From: Hydrurus foetidus
Lineage: Eukaryota
DNA: 64,000 bases
Assembly: GCA_900617105.1 (NCBI GenBank)
Contig: UYFQ01000265.1
Span: forward strand, 62,001-126,000
Direction: 5' to 3'
The notes below the pieces were generated by a model. The model was not told the DNA's origin, did not search any database, and saw nothing but the letters and a program-made list of their open reading frames with translations. The position numbers were made by a program, and so were the translations under genes. Position 1 is the stretch's first letter. Each line of letters starts with the position of its first letter. Below, one piece after another: positions 52,496 through 64,000 of this stretch.

Positions 52496-54088
52496 AAAAA
52501 CACTCTCACTCAAAAAAGTTAAAAAACGTAAATTTTTTTTTCTAAAATGCAGGAGCACGATCCGGATGAGTGACAAAATAATTAAATTTCAAAAAAATTT
52601 CAATAAAAAGCGGTAGACTCTACCTCTGTACTCTGTACAAACGGTTGAGAAAAATACATTCTTACACTTACATATATTATCAAAATATGATACTCTTGTA
52701 CTTTATTATCGCTGAAGCCTTCCACTTTCGTTGAATACTTTTTTCTAAAAAACGTTATTGCTGCACTGCTGTGATACATGCTTTGCACTTAGCCATCGAT
52801 TAAGAAATTATCTTGATCAAGCATATAGTTGAGAGAATAGAATTGCTCTGATTTGAGGATGGAAAATTATAGGTAACTGCTGTCTGGATATTGTCGAACA
52901 AAACTGTCAAATTGAGGAACGACTATGGGGAACGATTGCAGAGTTATTTTACGTCAGCCTAACGTGCAAAAAGAACTCTCATGTAAATCCACAAATTTTC
53001 GTTCAATTTAGGATGCCCGGCTAATGACAGAGGCTTCTACTTTGCATAATGTGCTAGCACTGTATCCATCCTATAGACATAAAGAAAGCAGTGTAATTTT
53101 GCGGGCGCCACCATGGCTACAAGCGAAATCCAGTGGCAGATCAGCAAAATTTAAATAGTTTGAGAATTGATGTGACTAATTCAGAAGGCCCGTGGCGTCT
53201 AAGAGCGAAATTTATTGGCATTGTTGCAAAAACAGATGATTTTGAGAGTTGATTTGACGAAGAAAAGAGGAGACATAGTGATTTGATGTATCACCGTTAT
53301 GACAGTGTGCGAGACCAGTTTCGACGGAAGCACTGAAATTTTGCGAGGTCATGGTTACTTAACGGTTAATTAGGTGTCTTTTAAAATTGCCAGTTGTCAC
53401 AAAATCACACATAAACGTACTGAAACCTCTGTACCAACTGATCGGTTTCATTATTATTTGTTGTTACCATCTGTGTCCAAAGTCCAAAACTCATGGACGG
53501 TTCAAGTGCGTCCTCGTGGTGGGCAGTGGGGGTACCGCAGTGGGGGTACCTATTGTATTTTACGGGTAACGGATCTGTGTTGTGGGGGTTCCAAGTGCCA
53601 GGACCCAGGATACATACGCATGTGTTTGGAGAAAAGGAGTCCCCATGGAGATTTTGGACCTTGGATCCTTAAAAAACACCTTTTAATCGTCATCGAAACA
53701 CCCCCCATCGTCATCGAAAAAGCATCCATCGTCATCAAAATGACCATGATCGTCAGAAAACATCAATCCGCTGACACAAAAGGAGTTTCTACTTGCACTA
53801 CGACCGTTGGATTTCACCCTTTGCGCTGAAATGGAATACGGAAATGACGTGGATGGCGAATTTCGACCAAAAATTGAAGCAGCGGGCATTCTTGTGGCGT
53901 TTAGAAGTGCGTTCGCCTGATTATAGTGATTTTGAAAAACGATCTTTACCTAAGTTCAATCTGTACGTAACCTGCCAACGTCTCATTGAAGTCATTGCAC
54001 GACAGTTTAAGGCAACGAGCACGAAGAAATCAATTTCCCTGGGAAGGAACTATCGTCAGCGACACGATTGCAAGCTATTTACTTGGAA

Positions 54089-55048
54089 ATGCTAGTTGTC
54101 TCCGATTGCTCAGTTAGTTACGACGACAGCGGTTCCCCATCTTTTTTACCATACAATGGAGTCGATCATCTTGAATTCCTGACACTTGATTACCAACAAA
54201 ACAGTAGAGAACTTGACACCGCAGCTGCATCACAAAAGTCAAAACGGAAAAGGCAGCACAGGGACAAGCTGCCTCGATCATTTGAAGGTCCTGGGGTTTT
54301 CCCACAAGCCGGCGAGACGGAGTGGGATCCCTCTAAACTCCAGTATCACACCGGGAAATGGCCAATTGAGGAAGAGAGATACGCCAATAGGCTTGTGCTT
54401 GAATTCGAGGCAGGAGTTCTGGAGGATTGCAGAGACGGTGTCACGCTAAGGTCCTATCTTGCCAAGACACTTCGTTGCGCGCCTATGAGAGTGTCGAAGA
54501 AACTTGCTGGAAAGTGTATTGGTAGCAAGGTCTTTTGCAGACAAGGCGGCGATCGAAAAGTATTCCTGCAGAAGATAGCAAACGGTGAATTGAAAATCCC
54601 AAGTTTACAACGGAGGACAAAACAAAGCTCAAACGCGTCAAGCAAACCTGCTCGCTCGCGATCTCCTTTTGACCTCACGGACGACGAGATTTCATCAGGC
54701 TCCTCTTCTTGCACGGAGGATGACGAGACTGGCTCTGACAATCAGACGATGATGACATCATCGAAGAGGAAGTATGTGATGGACCAAAACAACTACCCCG
54801 CTGGCAACATGCGGCAAGGCCCAGTGCAACAACAACAACCAGACCAGGAGTACGTACAACCTTGTCCTCTACTTTCTGATTTCGAGAGTAACATTTACGA
54901 CTATGGTGCTGACTTCTATTTGTCTGACGTTACTGGGTCAACTGGGGAGAACTCACCGCACGCCCCCGATCTTGGATATGACGAGTGGCGGGACGCTCTG
55001 TCTTATTTTAAGGAAACGGAGACAATTTCTACCCAGACCGATTTCTGA
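54089..55048 (+). CDS. Intronless hypothetical protein with a stramenopile-type GKW..EE..Y..L..F..G..TLR.YL...L.C.PMR.SKK domain (putative DNA-binding)
   Basis: GKWPIEEERYANRLVLEFEAGVLEDCRDGVTLRSYLAKTLRCAPMRVSKKLAG, preceded by basic KSKRKR and followed by an acidic/Q-rich tail. Confidence 0.7.
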   Translation: MLVVSDCSVSYDDSGSPSFLPYNGVDHLEFLTLDYQQNSRELDTAAASQKSKRKRQHRDKLPRSFEGPGVFPQAGETEWDPSKLQYHTGKWPIEEERYANRLVLEFEAGVLEDCRDGVTLRSYLAKTLRCAPMRVSKKLAGKCIGSKVFCRQGGDRKVFLQKIANGELKIPSLQRRTKQSSNASSKPARSRSPFDLTDDEISSGSSSCTEDDETGSDNQTMMTSSKRKYVMDQNNYPAGNMRQGPVQQQQPDQEYVQPCPLLSDFESNIYDYGADFYLSDVTGSTGENSPHAPDLGYDEWRDALSYFKETETISTQTDF

Positions 55049-56286
55049 ACACAGGGTTAAACATTTTCACATCATCATTGATCACATTTTTCACACAAAC
55101 GAACTCCCATGATGGCTGACTGTAGTTATTTAAACTACAAAATGATTTATCTGAGAGCAAGCTACACTAATAGAATAGTGTGGCATCATAGATAGTACCT
55201 CGTCTATAAAATCTGCAGTTATATGTTTACCTTTCTGTCTCTACGACCGCATATATATTCAAACAGTTTTGACAACTCTCATATGAACCATTGAACGGTA
55301 TTAGTGACTGACCTTATTCAGCACGATCAATCTTTTTCTTATTGGGAGGTCGAATCTGATGTGTCCGTGAAAATTAGATGCATTGAGAACGATTTATTCT
55401 AAAATACTTAAAATATCGAATACCACTTTTCGCAAATCCACGTCTAACTTTTTGTGAGACTGGACTTCATGATGCAACTTCACTGCCATGGAGTACGCAG
55501 TTGGATAAAATAACCTGCATGGATAATGCCGTTCTAATCGCACTGTTTTCTAAGTAGGAGTAGCGGAAGGGCTTCAATATCATGATGAATGTCTCTTCCA
55601 AGTGATGTGATGTCTGCAACAGATACCGGATGTTAGCAAAACGGTAGTAGGCGCTTCGGTGAAATTGTGCCTTTGCCTCATTAATGGAGCTCGATAACTG
55701 CAGTATTTCTTCTGATATGAGAATACTCCCCGCAAAAATGCTTGGACAGCTGTCAATCTAATCTCAAACGGATACCCTCTTCGTTCTTCATTTGAAATAC
55801 CAGCATGACCTCTGGGTTGTTGTAACTGTAGTGTTTTTGCCAAAATTTTCATAAGGTTCATATTTTGCTTCTTATCGAATAATAATCCTGCATCGTCTAA
55901 AAAATTGCCTAAAAAATTGAACAAGCTTCACTGGCAAGTACGCTATTTATTAAGTTCTTTCACGAGGCCTTTATTGGACCCTGTGCGTTCCCTAGTGGTC
56001 CATGTGTACCTAATGTCTTGTGGAAGCTACGTTTAGGCACAGCAGAAAAGCCTTGAAGTTCAGCAACAATATATCTCACAAATCATCGCTAGGTCTAGTT
56101 GTAAGAGATACGATATTGATTTAGAAACTATGGTTTAGTCGGGCATTCTGTATACTGCGCATTTGAAATGAGAGTGGGTTGGGAGTTGAGTTGGGAAAGT
56201 GGGAGGAAATGCCAAATGATGATTTATGATATTAGGTGATTTATTGTAAGAACGACTTTTGCTGCTGTAAGATATCACGCTGTTGA

Positions 56287-58363
56287 ATGACACAAATGAA
56301 GATCATTCCAATTCTTGTCGTGGCACTTGCAACGGTTCCCTCACATCACTGTCGGAACCAAATTCGTGCAAGAAGAAGTTCATCATCTGCTTCTCTACCA
56401 GTTACAATCCAAACTATTCCTGGAACGTCGGATTATGAAGGGACAGGAGGTAGCGTAAAAGCCATAGTACAGGGATTGACATCGTTTTCCAATATTTTTT
56501 TGCAAAAGAGTGAGCAGCAGGCGAGAATCTATCAAAAGGCTTCACTAACACCAAAAGAAGTTCTCGAAGGAGTAATCGGCGACTTTGAGAACGGATACCT
56601 GTTCTCAGGCCAGATTGACAGCGAAATTTACGATGAAGATTGCGTTTTTACTGATCCTACCCTCTCGTTTAGTGGTTTATCAACGTTCGAAAGAAACATT
56701 AAAGCCATCAAACCTGCTCTCGACATTTTTGTGGGAGATAGTTTAGTTGCTCTGTACGACTGCAGGGTAGACCTCGCATCACAGCAAATTAAAGCAGTGT
56801 GGAGAATGTCAGGTGCCGTCAATTTGCCTTGGAAGCCCAGGATTGAACTTACAGGAAACACTGTGTTATCATATGATAAAGACCGAGGTGGTCGTATTGT
56901 GGATTATTACGAGCGGTGGGATTTACCAGCATCGACAGCTCTTCTACAATTGCTGCAGCCATCGCTGCAAAAAATGGATGTGGCGAAACTGATGGGAATT
57001 GTCCCTGATGTGCAGGAAAAATCCATAACGGCTAGGGGAGGCTCAACGAAAACAGTGAATATTAAGAAATTGAAGGAAACGATCTTATCAGCAACGGTTG
57101 GCGTGGAGAATAAGAAATCTCCTACAACCACAAACTTAATTGCAGAATCTGTCAGCTCCATGATTAGGGCAAGTTCAGTTGAAGCCTTGAAGGCTGGTAC
57201 CATTCAGAAAGTGACAGCCGAGGCAATCAGAACACTTCCGGATGCAACATGGGATTTAATTTATTCCAGCGAATCAGAACAAGAATCGTCTACAGGGGTT
57301 GAGAAATTCGTATCCTCGATGATAAAGTCATCACCTATTGCTAAATTCACTGATTTGAATTCATCTGAAGGAGTATACAGTTGTGTGTCTTCAGTTGGAC
57401 CTTTTTCTGTCCAGCTGGCTTCTGGTTGTTTTCAACCTGACGCAGAAAAAGCAACAATTCTCATACCGCGGAAAAAATTGAAGGTACTGAGATGAATGCA
57501 CTCCATTTAATGCTGGTATGACATGTTGCTGCGTCATCAAGAGAGGTCATGTTGTATTGCTGCTTCTTTTTTATGCTGGATACAGACTGGACCACCACAA
57601 TGCAACAAACGTCAACGCACGAACATTTCCCGTAAATTCATATGATGAAATATTAACAAGTGAAAAATTGAGAGGGTCTTTGTTTGCTGCCGTATTGTTG
57701 TCTCGTTCGAGCAATAATGTGACTAAGACCATCCTTGACCTCAAGAGTCGTGCTATTTGATGATGTACTCTATTGCTGGACCCAGACCAACAAACAGCAA
57801 AAAAATTGCACATAAGCATTTTGTTCCGAGGAATTTTGTCTGTGAGAAAGACTTGAAATTTGTTTGCGTGTTAGTTCTCTCAGCTATGTGTCGATCTGGA
57901 TCCATCAACAAAACATGGATCTGGATCACTGTGGAATCATATGCAACGTGCATGCTGACTAATATCGATCGTAATCACATTTTGCTTTTCCTTCTTTTCC
58001 CACTTCTTCCCCCCCATTTTTTCATCTTCATCTTCATCTTCATCTTCATCTTCATCTTCATCTTCATCTTCATCATCATCATCATCTTCCTTGTCTTTCC
58101 TCTTTCCCTTTCAATTTCCATTTCTTTCTCATTTTCCGTTTCCATTTAACTTCCCCTTTTCCTTTTTACTACTAATATTCATTTTCTATCAGGTCGTTCT
58201 TTTCCTTGGTTACCCCCTAAAGGCTAGCTCCATTTCACTGACGAGAGAGAAGGATTCTGGACCTGTGCTATGGAATTTGAAATATTTTGACTCTAACTGG
58301 AGAATTTTCGTTGCTGAAGATGGAAATTACTTCATTCTACAAAAAAACGAAATAAGTAAGTAA
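56287..58363 (+). CDS. DUF2358 (NTF2/SnoaL-like) protein with a PAP/fibrillin-like C-terminal region and an N-terminal signal peptide; intron 57484-58192
   Basis: GYLFSGQIDSEIYDEDCVFTDPTLSFSGL..WRMSGAVNLPWKPRI..GRIVDYYERWD; then TWDLIYSS and LKYFDSNWRIFVAEDGNYFILQK. Confidence 0.75.
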
Positions 58364-59505
58364 AAAGGTTTTTGATATGTGCTAAACGTCAACTTCACTT
58401 ATTGTGCGATGAAGACATTGAGCGGGTTCCTGTTTCACTGTGAGATGACACAATATCGCTTGTAGCTCCTTTGAAGAAATCAATTGTGCACAGAGAGTAG
58501 CATTGTGAAGCAATCTTACATGATGATTGAGATCAGATGAGTGATACTCGATATACTGCACTAACTTATCTCAAGTAATAAATGAGATCAGCTGTAGAGT
58601 AACTACTTGAGCACCAAATCATACCACATAATACACAGCGATACGTCACAATAAAGTACACAGCAATCTAACAGTAGAAGATGACACACGAGAATACAAG
58701 GAGTCCGCTCAATCCCATTGGGAACAGTCACAGCATGTGCCCTGTAGGTGTCTAGGGATCTCCATGTATAGAAATGAGAAATGAGGATTACAGTGTCTCC
58801 CACTGGTGATCGAAGTAGTCCACAGTATCGTACGCACACCGTACTTACTTTGGGTATCTACAGTGATACTTGTAGATAGGCATACCTGCATGTAGTTGAG
58901 AGATAAGATGAAGTCAGTACACATGTATGACTTGAATAGTTCATATGTAGAGCCCAGATGAATACGATCTTCCGACTACTCGCATCCACGAATCCCTACC
59001 TCCCCTTTCTCCCGCTCTGTTATAACCATCTCCCTCTTCTCCACTCCCTCCTTTTTCACTCGCACTCCTCCTCACATTTCGATGACTCTCATCCTTCCCC
59101 ATCCACTTCTGCCTCCCCTCAGATATGACTACTCCTCTTCTTTCTCTCTCATCCTCGTCATTTCTTTGTCTTATCCCAGACCTCTAAGCAACCATTGGAC
59201 ATCCCAGCCTTCTATGACATTTGGATCAATATCATCCAGATTTACTTTGATTTTATCCTATTTGCCATGTCGGTAACTACTGTTATGTATTAAAATTGAT
59301 TGTAGAAAAGGAATTTGATTGACGCAAGATCTTTAGGACGCTGTACTAAATACCAAAACCTGGCATCTTCATTATGCATCCACTAGTGAATTTGACGGAT
59401 GCTTTTATGACCGATGAGCAATGTATCTTGATTTCAATGCAGAAGAAAAAATGTAATTTGCGTTAATATATTTAATCTCTAAATTATTTTTACGGAGAAA
59501 TTTAC

Positions 59506-59741
59506 GAGTCCGTTCGGTAGAAACGGTGTTTTGAAACTCTGCATTTCCGAATGCAGAGTTTCGGGAAATACGGCATAAATCGAAATACAGTGAAAAGTCG
59601 AATATGCAAAACTCTGCATTTTGACGGATACAAAGTTTTTTGGTGTGTCGAAAACTACGAAATAAATTGAAAAATTCTGCATTGCAACAATACAGTGAAA
59701 TAGGTGAAATGCAGAGTTTTTCTGTGCCGCCGAACGGACCC
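59506..59741. mobile_element. Tourist/PIF-Harbinger-like MITE, 236 bp
   Basis: TIRs GAGTCCGTTCGG / CCGAACGGACCC (11/12 match); flanks TAC and TAA (near-TAA TSD); internal AAACTCTGCATTT motifs in both orientations. Confidence 0.7.
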
Positions 59742-60236
59742 TAATATAAATGAAGTATATTAGAAAGTGCTCCAGACTCAGCGTATTTTAAACAATAGCG
59801 GTACTTTGGCTGAGAAGCGGAGATTGCTCTATGAGAATCGTTATTTGCATGGATCGAAGATGAGTAGTAGAAATGTAAACATTCGATGTTAAGCTCTGCA
59901 TGAAAAATGATGGTTCATTTCATGCATTGATGATTAAATTGTGCTAATGAAAACTGTTATATGATAACAGCTGCATAAAATGTAGAGAAGTAAACTGCTG
60001 GATGGTTACCGCTGTGTGAAGGACATGGTTGTATTTCGGGAATTGAAGAATAAGCTGTTGTGTAAATGAGAAATTCAGATTCTGCGAAAATGAAATATCA
60101 CGCTTTCAGTAAGAAACTGAAACCGTTATTTCAGAAACTGAAACCGTTATTTCATTGAGATGTGGCATGTCTGACGCCCATTTCAGGGTATAACGAGACC
60201 AACAAGTGGGAATCAATCTGCCTGCTTGATGCTGTA

Positions 60237-61277
60237 TCAAACAGGATTTGCTGAAGTAGAGAATGACGCTGGCTTTCGCGAAATAGATTTAAAAGCGGAA
60301 GATAAATCTCCTACTTTCTGCAGATTTGGCGCAATACTGGATAATGTTATGGTCAAAATCATGAATAGTGGCATGCCGAGTAAACGCGCACCAATAATAA
60401 TGTATGACGCCTTATACAAAAGAAAATCCCATGAGCCGAAAACTGTCATAGCACCAGACCCAAAAATGATCACACCTCCTCCCGCATAGTAAGCAAGAGA
60501 CATTCTTCTCTGAACTACCCGCAAATCGTCAGAATTTTCAAGTGATGAAGATTCTAAATATGATGAGAGCTCAGCGAGTAGAAATCCTAGTGCAGTGATG
60601 AACAGTATTCCGTATATAAAAACCAGAATGCCGGTGCCAGCGACACCAACCGTTGAGAGCACATGTATACATTTTGGATATGCAACAGATAGAGAAGGTG
60701 CCACAGCAGGAATAACGCTCAGTGGTATTATCAGCCAAGAAAATTTCCGCAAAATCTTGTACTGAGCCCGAAGAGCTGTATGACGAGTGGAACACATCCT
60801 GCGTGTGTAGCCATTCAGAAAATTGAGAATTGTCTGATAATAAAACACCAGCGCAACGAAACACGTGAAGCAGAAAAAAGACTGAGTGATAGAGGGTCCC
60901 CAATCCCGACCAAGTATTTGAGGCTCAGTAGGAAACAATTTGAAGGAAGCCGAGATGAAGTCGCTGACACCGAAGCTAAGGAATAAGTAAGGGCACCATC
61001 TCTTCGTATCTGAAGTACAGCCCTTCTTCTCCATGAGTTTTATGTAGATGTGACGGATAATTATCACAAGGAAAATGGTAGCCAGGCCAAAGTCGAAAGC
61101 ACTCATTACTCTGATTGATTCTTTGTTGATGGTACAATTGACACCTTCTATCACAGAATAGTCGTTGAGTGCTGTCCACCCTGCGTCACAAATACACACA
61201 TTCGCTGGAAGACATAGTCTGCCATGATTTGAACACTTCAGATCATTTCGAAATGATTCACAAATTAGGTCCGACAT
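60237..61277 (-). CDS. Intronless EGF-like domain + seven-transmembrane protein
   Basis: CSNHGRLCLPANVCICDAGW..NC EGF-like motif followed by seven hydrophobic segments and a short S/T-rich tail. Confidence 0.75.
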   Translation of the reverse strand: MSDLICESFRNDLKCSNHGRLCLPANVCICDAGWTALNDYSVIEGVNCTINKESIRVMSAFDFGLATIFLVIIIRHIYIKLMEKKGCTSDTKRWCPYLFLSFGVSDFISASFKLFPTEPQILGRDWGPSITQSFFCFTCFVALVFYYQTILNFLNGYTRRMCSTRHTALRAQYKILRKFSWLIIPLSVIPAVAPSLSVAYPKCIHVLSTVGVAGTGILVFIYGILFITALGFLLAELSSYLESSSLENSDDLRVVQRRMSLAYYAGGGVIIFGSGAMTVFGSWDFLLYKASYIIIGARLLGMPLFMILTITLSSIAPNLQKVGDLSSAFKSISRKPASFSTSANPV

Positions 61278-61510
61278 CTTCGAAACAATATCCACTCCTT
61301 TTAATCACTTGATGGTCATTCGCGTCACTTTCAAATGACTACACGTAAAAATTCGACTCCCCCTGAATCGGCTAATAAATGTTCGAGACAGAATATTAGA
61401 ATTAAATCACAGAAAATGATCGGAATATCTCGCGAGATGACCTACAGTAGCTCGATCGTAGCGATGAGGACAACTCAAGAACTGAAGAGAAGAGTGACGT
61501 TGAAGTCGGG

Positions 61511-64000
61511 TGTTGTTAGAATTACAATCCCGGATAAGCCGGATTACGGTATAATTACGCAGTAGACTAATTTATCTGATAAGCACGCAGCTAGAGTCGT
61601 ACCAAGTTGCTCCATCAGTGGACTAGTTGAACTCTATCTATCCATTCATTTGAAATCTTGGCTGACGCCCAGGATCCTTCAACATTCAAACTACCTCAAC
61701 ATTCAACATACATTTGCCGTATCATGATATCACGCACCACACATGACACAGACTACTAACCAACTGCACTCTATAGTCTCAATGTTTCGCATGATTAATC
61801 ATATAATTATAGTAGCAATTCAAAGCTAAAAACACTTTTGTCTGATACTCGGGGTGATCGACCTCGTAAGCTCTGCAATCATAACCTGTCCTCATTAGAC
61901 GGTTTGCAAGCAGTATCGGTGAATATCAAGACAACCGATCCACGGCGATCACGTTTCAAGACTATAATTATATCCAACATCCAACGTCGGGTTGCTTTCC
62001 AACTGCCGCCTTCTTTCGAATCCCTCTGACGAGATGGCTAGCAAGGATAAACTTGCAACAAAGCACAACAAAGGAGAGCCTCAAGACAAGAAGCATGAGC
62101 ACCGGCATTTCAAGAAAAGCGGCAGCTCTGTTATCACCAACCCTCAGATCTATAAGAAGATCAATCCTACCGACTTATCCGTAATTGGCATCAACTCGGG
62201 TGGAAACATCTCACACATCAAGATGGCATTGATCACCTACTGCCAGAAAGAGCTCGGCCCAATATCGAAGATGTTTACAGAGATGGCGTAGCAGCGCGCC
62301 ATCACCATCAATTATGATGAAGAAACTCTATCCAACGCAAATGATCCTCTTGGAATGGAAAAGGCACGAATCATCGGGAGGATGAAGCAAGCGGACGCCG
62401 ACAACCACGCCTACGAAAAGTCGAAGACCAAACTCTACGGTATTATTAGTTCAATGACGACTGAGGAAGTCGACGAGAAACTTTCTGTCCACCGAGCTAC
62501 CAACGAGTCTGAACCGCCTACAACAAACGCCTCCGCGACTGCTACATCGACAGCGGACGCCATCTCCCCACTTCCAAGAGACACGGCGTTTGTCAACTGC
62601 CCTCTATCTCTTTGGAAAGACATTGTACATGTTGTGACGACAAAGACGGCCGGGAACAAACGGATCGACCAAGACAAAATCACGGTTGAAATCGCCACTA
62701 TACGACAGAGACCAACTGAATCTCTGTCCGACTTCCACCACAGGATGTCACACACCATTGACAGCTTCGAGATGCTGGGACTAGAAAAGCCAGCAAGTGC
62801 CACCCAAGCGATGCGGTTCATTCAAGGACTCGACAACGCACGTTACAGCTCAATGCAAACTTCATTTGCAAACGAGTTACATAATGGACGCGACCTTTAC
62901 CCAACCGATCTCGCAAGTGCTGCACTAAAAGCATCGAGATGGATGGTAAGCGGGAAAACCTCCCAGGACCCCTTGCGTGCTCTCGCAGCAACCAAAAGCG
63001 GTAAGAACAGCAAGGGAGCAAAGGACAACAAGGGAGCAAAGGACAGAGGCAAGCCAAAGACAGCTAGCGAAGACAAGACCATGACTAAATGCGACTTCTG
63101 TGGCCGAACCAACCACAGCATGTCTGCGTGCTTTAAATTCAAGGAAGCCCAGTCAGCTGCACTCGCGGCGACAGAGGAGAAGGGAAAACGGATCCCAGGC
63201 CCCAAAAGGGGACGACTATGATTGCAAAGAGCTACAAGGCCCCTGACTCGGATGACGAAGAACAGCACTACCTTGTGAACGTACACATCAAGTCGCACAC
63301 TGCATCAGTGCTAGCAGCTAAGAAGAGGACAGAGTCCCGAGACTGGGAAATTATCCTAGACACAGGAGCAAATGGCTTACTGTTTGCCAACACCTCCCTT
63401 GTGACTGAGATTCACAGTGAGGATACAGTGTCCTTCGACGGGATATCTGGTGTTCTGTCCACCGACACGGTCGGGGACTTCTACGGCCTGTGCAAGGTGC
63501 ACATACATAAAGACGCCATAGCCAATATCCTATCATTCTCACAACTGCGGAAGATGGGACACTCCATCACTTACGATCAGGGCGAGTGTCCCGATGACGA
63601 CAGCTTTACCATCGCCTACAGAGGGATGCAGCTCCGGTTCTCACACCGATCTGACGGCCTCTACGTACACGACACAAGACATGACCACACATGCCTCGTC
63701 GCGACAGTGGCAGAGAATGAGGCACAATACAGCAAACGCGAGGTGAGTCAGGCACGCGATGCACGTCAACTGCAGCGTCGTCTGGCTAACCCACCAGATG
63801 CCAAGCTCATTAAAGCACTCTCTACCGGAACTATACAGAACACTAGCGTTACTCCCGCTGATGTAACACGTGCTACCGAAATCTACGGGACCAGCATCGA
63901 GGCCCTTAAGGGGAGAACGACCGCAACTCGCGCTCTCCCCTTCCCACGTGAGACCTCAACACGCACTACAGCTGAGCAGAGCATGTATGCTGATATATTC
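61511..64000 (+). mobile_element. Ty1/copia LTR retrotransposon (CoDi-like), 5' part, running off the window; LTR start is tentative
   Basis: Gag with CDFCGRTNHSMSAC (CX2CX4HX4C) knuckle, protease IILDTGANGLLF, ANILSFSQL, DGLYVHD, ARQLQRRLANP..DVTRATEIYG..LKGRTT, and integrase start MYADIF, in copia order. TGTTG at 61511 is a candidate LTR start. Confidence 0.85.
62034..64000 (+). pseudogene. copia gag-pol, interrupted by TAG at 62289-62291 and a -1 frameshift at ~63200-63211
   Basis: ORFs 61992-62291 and 62355-63221 share a frame across a single TAG; the protease/integrase frame is -1 relative to gag. Confidence 0.8.

Larger units (their letters stand above)
42805..52650 (-). mobile_element. 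Helitron2/Helentron-type rolling-circle transposon, ~9.85 kb, probably non-autonomous; left (3') end approximate
   Basis: AT-rich block encoding RepHel domains. Perfect 12-bp inverted repeat CTCAACCGTTTG (42828-42839) / CAAACGGTTGAG (52638-52649); the right copy abuts an A5 run (a T-run on the element strand) with a GGTAGA-C-TCTACC hairpin at 52612-52624. Confidence 0.8.

Noticed and set aside
55580..55924. 114-aa minus-strand ORF
   Set aside because: No motif, TTG start and no supporting exons.
61511..61990. Exact LTR 3' end and primer-binding site of the copia
   Set aside because: Several CAACA candidates exist (~61685, ~61708, ~61979), and the second LTR is outside the window, so the boundary cannot be fixed.

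Overview
Intron-rich eukaryotic nuclear DNA, most likely from a photosynthetic stramenopile (ochrophyte). This is inferred from a bipartite plastid-type presequence, a stramenopile-type GKW..EE..PMRxSKK protein and a CoDi-like copia. Host genes: an RPL7/Rlp7-like protein, an NAD(P)-binding reductase, Gemin2, an RNase HI + ankyrin protein, ATAD2/Yta7, a coiled-coil protein, PEX6, a putative DNA-binding protein, a DUF2358 + fibrillin-like protein and an EGF + 7TM protein. Accessory structures: (1) a ~4.07-kb palindromic cassette (23786-27852) in which two ~1-kb inverted arms, each with an identical tRNA-Trp(CCA), enclose an intronless zinc-finger alpha-kinase; (2) a 7.36-kb PEX6 intron filled by a higher-order array of ~1.1-1.16-kb units; (3) a ~9.85-kb Helitron2/Helentron-type element bounded by a 12-bp asymmetric inverted repeat, encoding a DUF6570-Rep-PIF1-Ulp1 polyprotein with the HUH core missing plus an orphan passenger gene; (4) a Tourist-like MITE; (5) the 5' part of a Ty1/copia element. 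All calls come from reading motifs by eye. Exon boundaries are inferred from GT-AG sites and frame continuity, and no searches were run.
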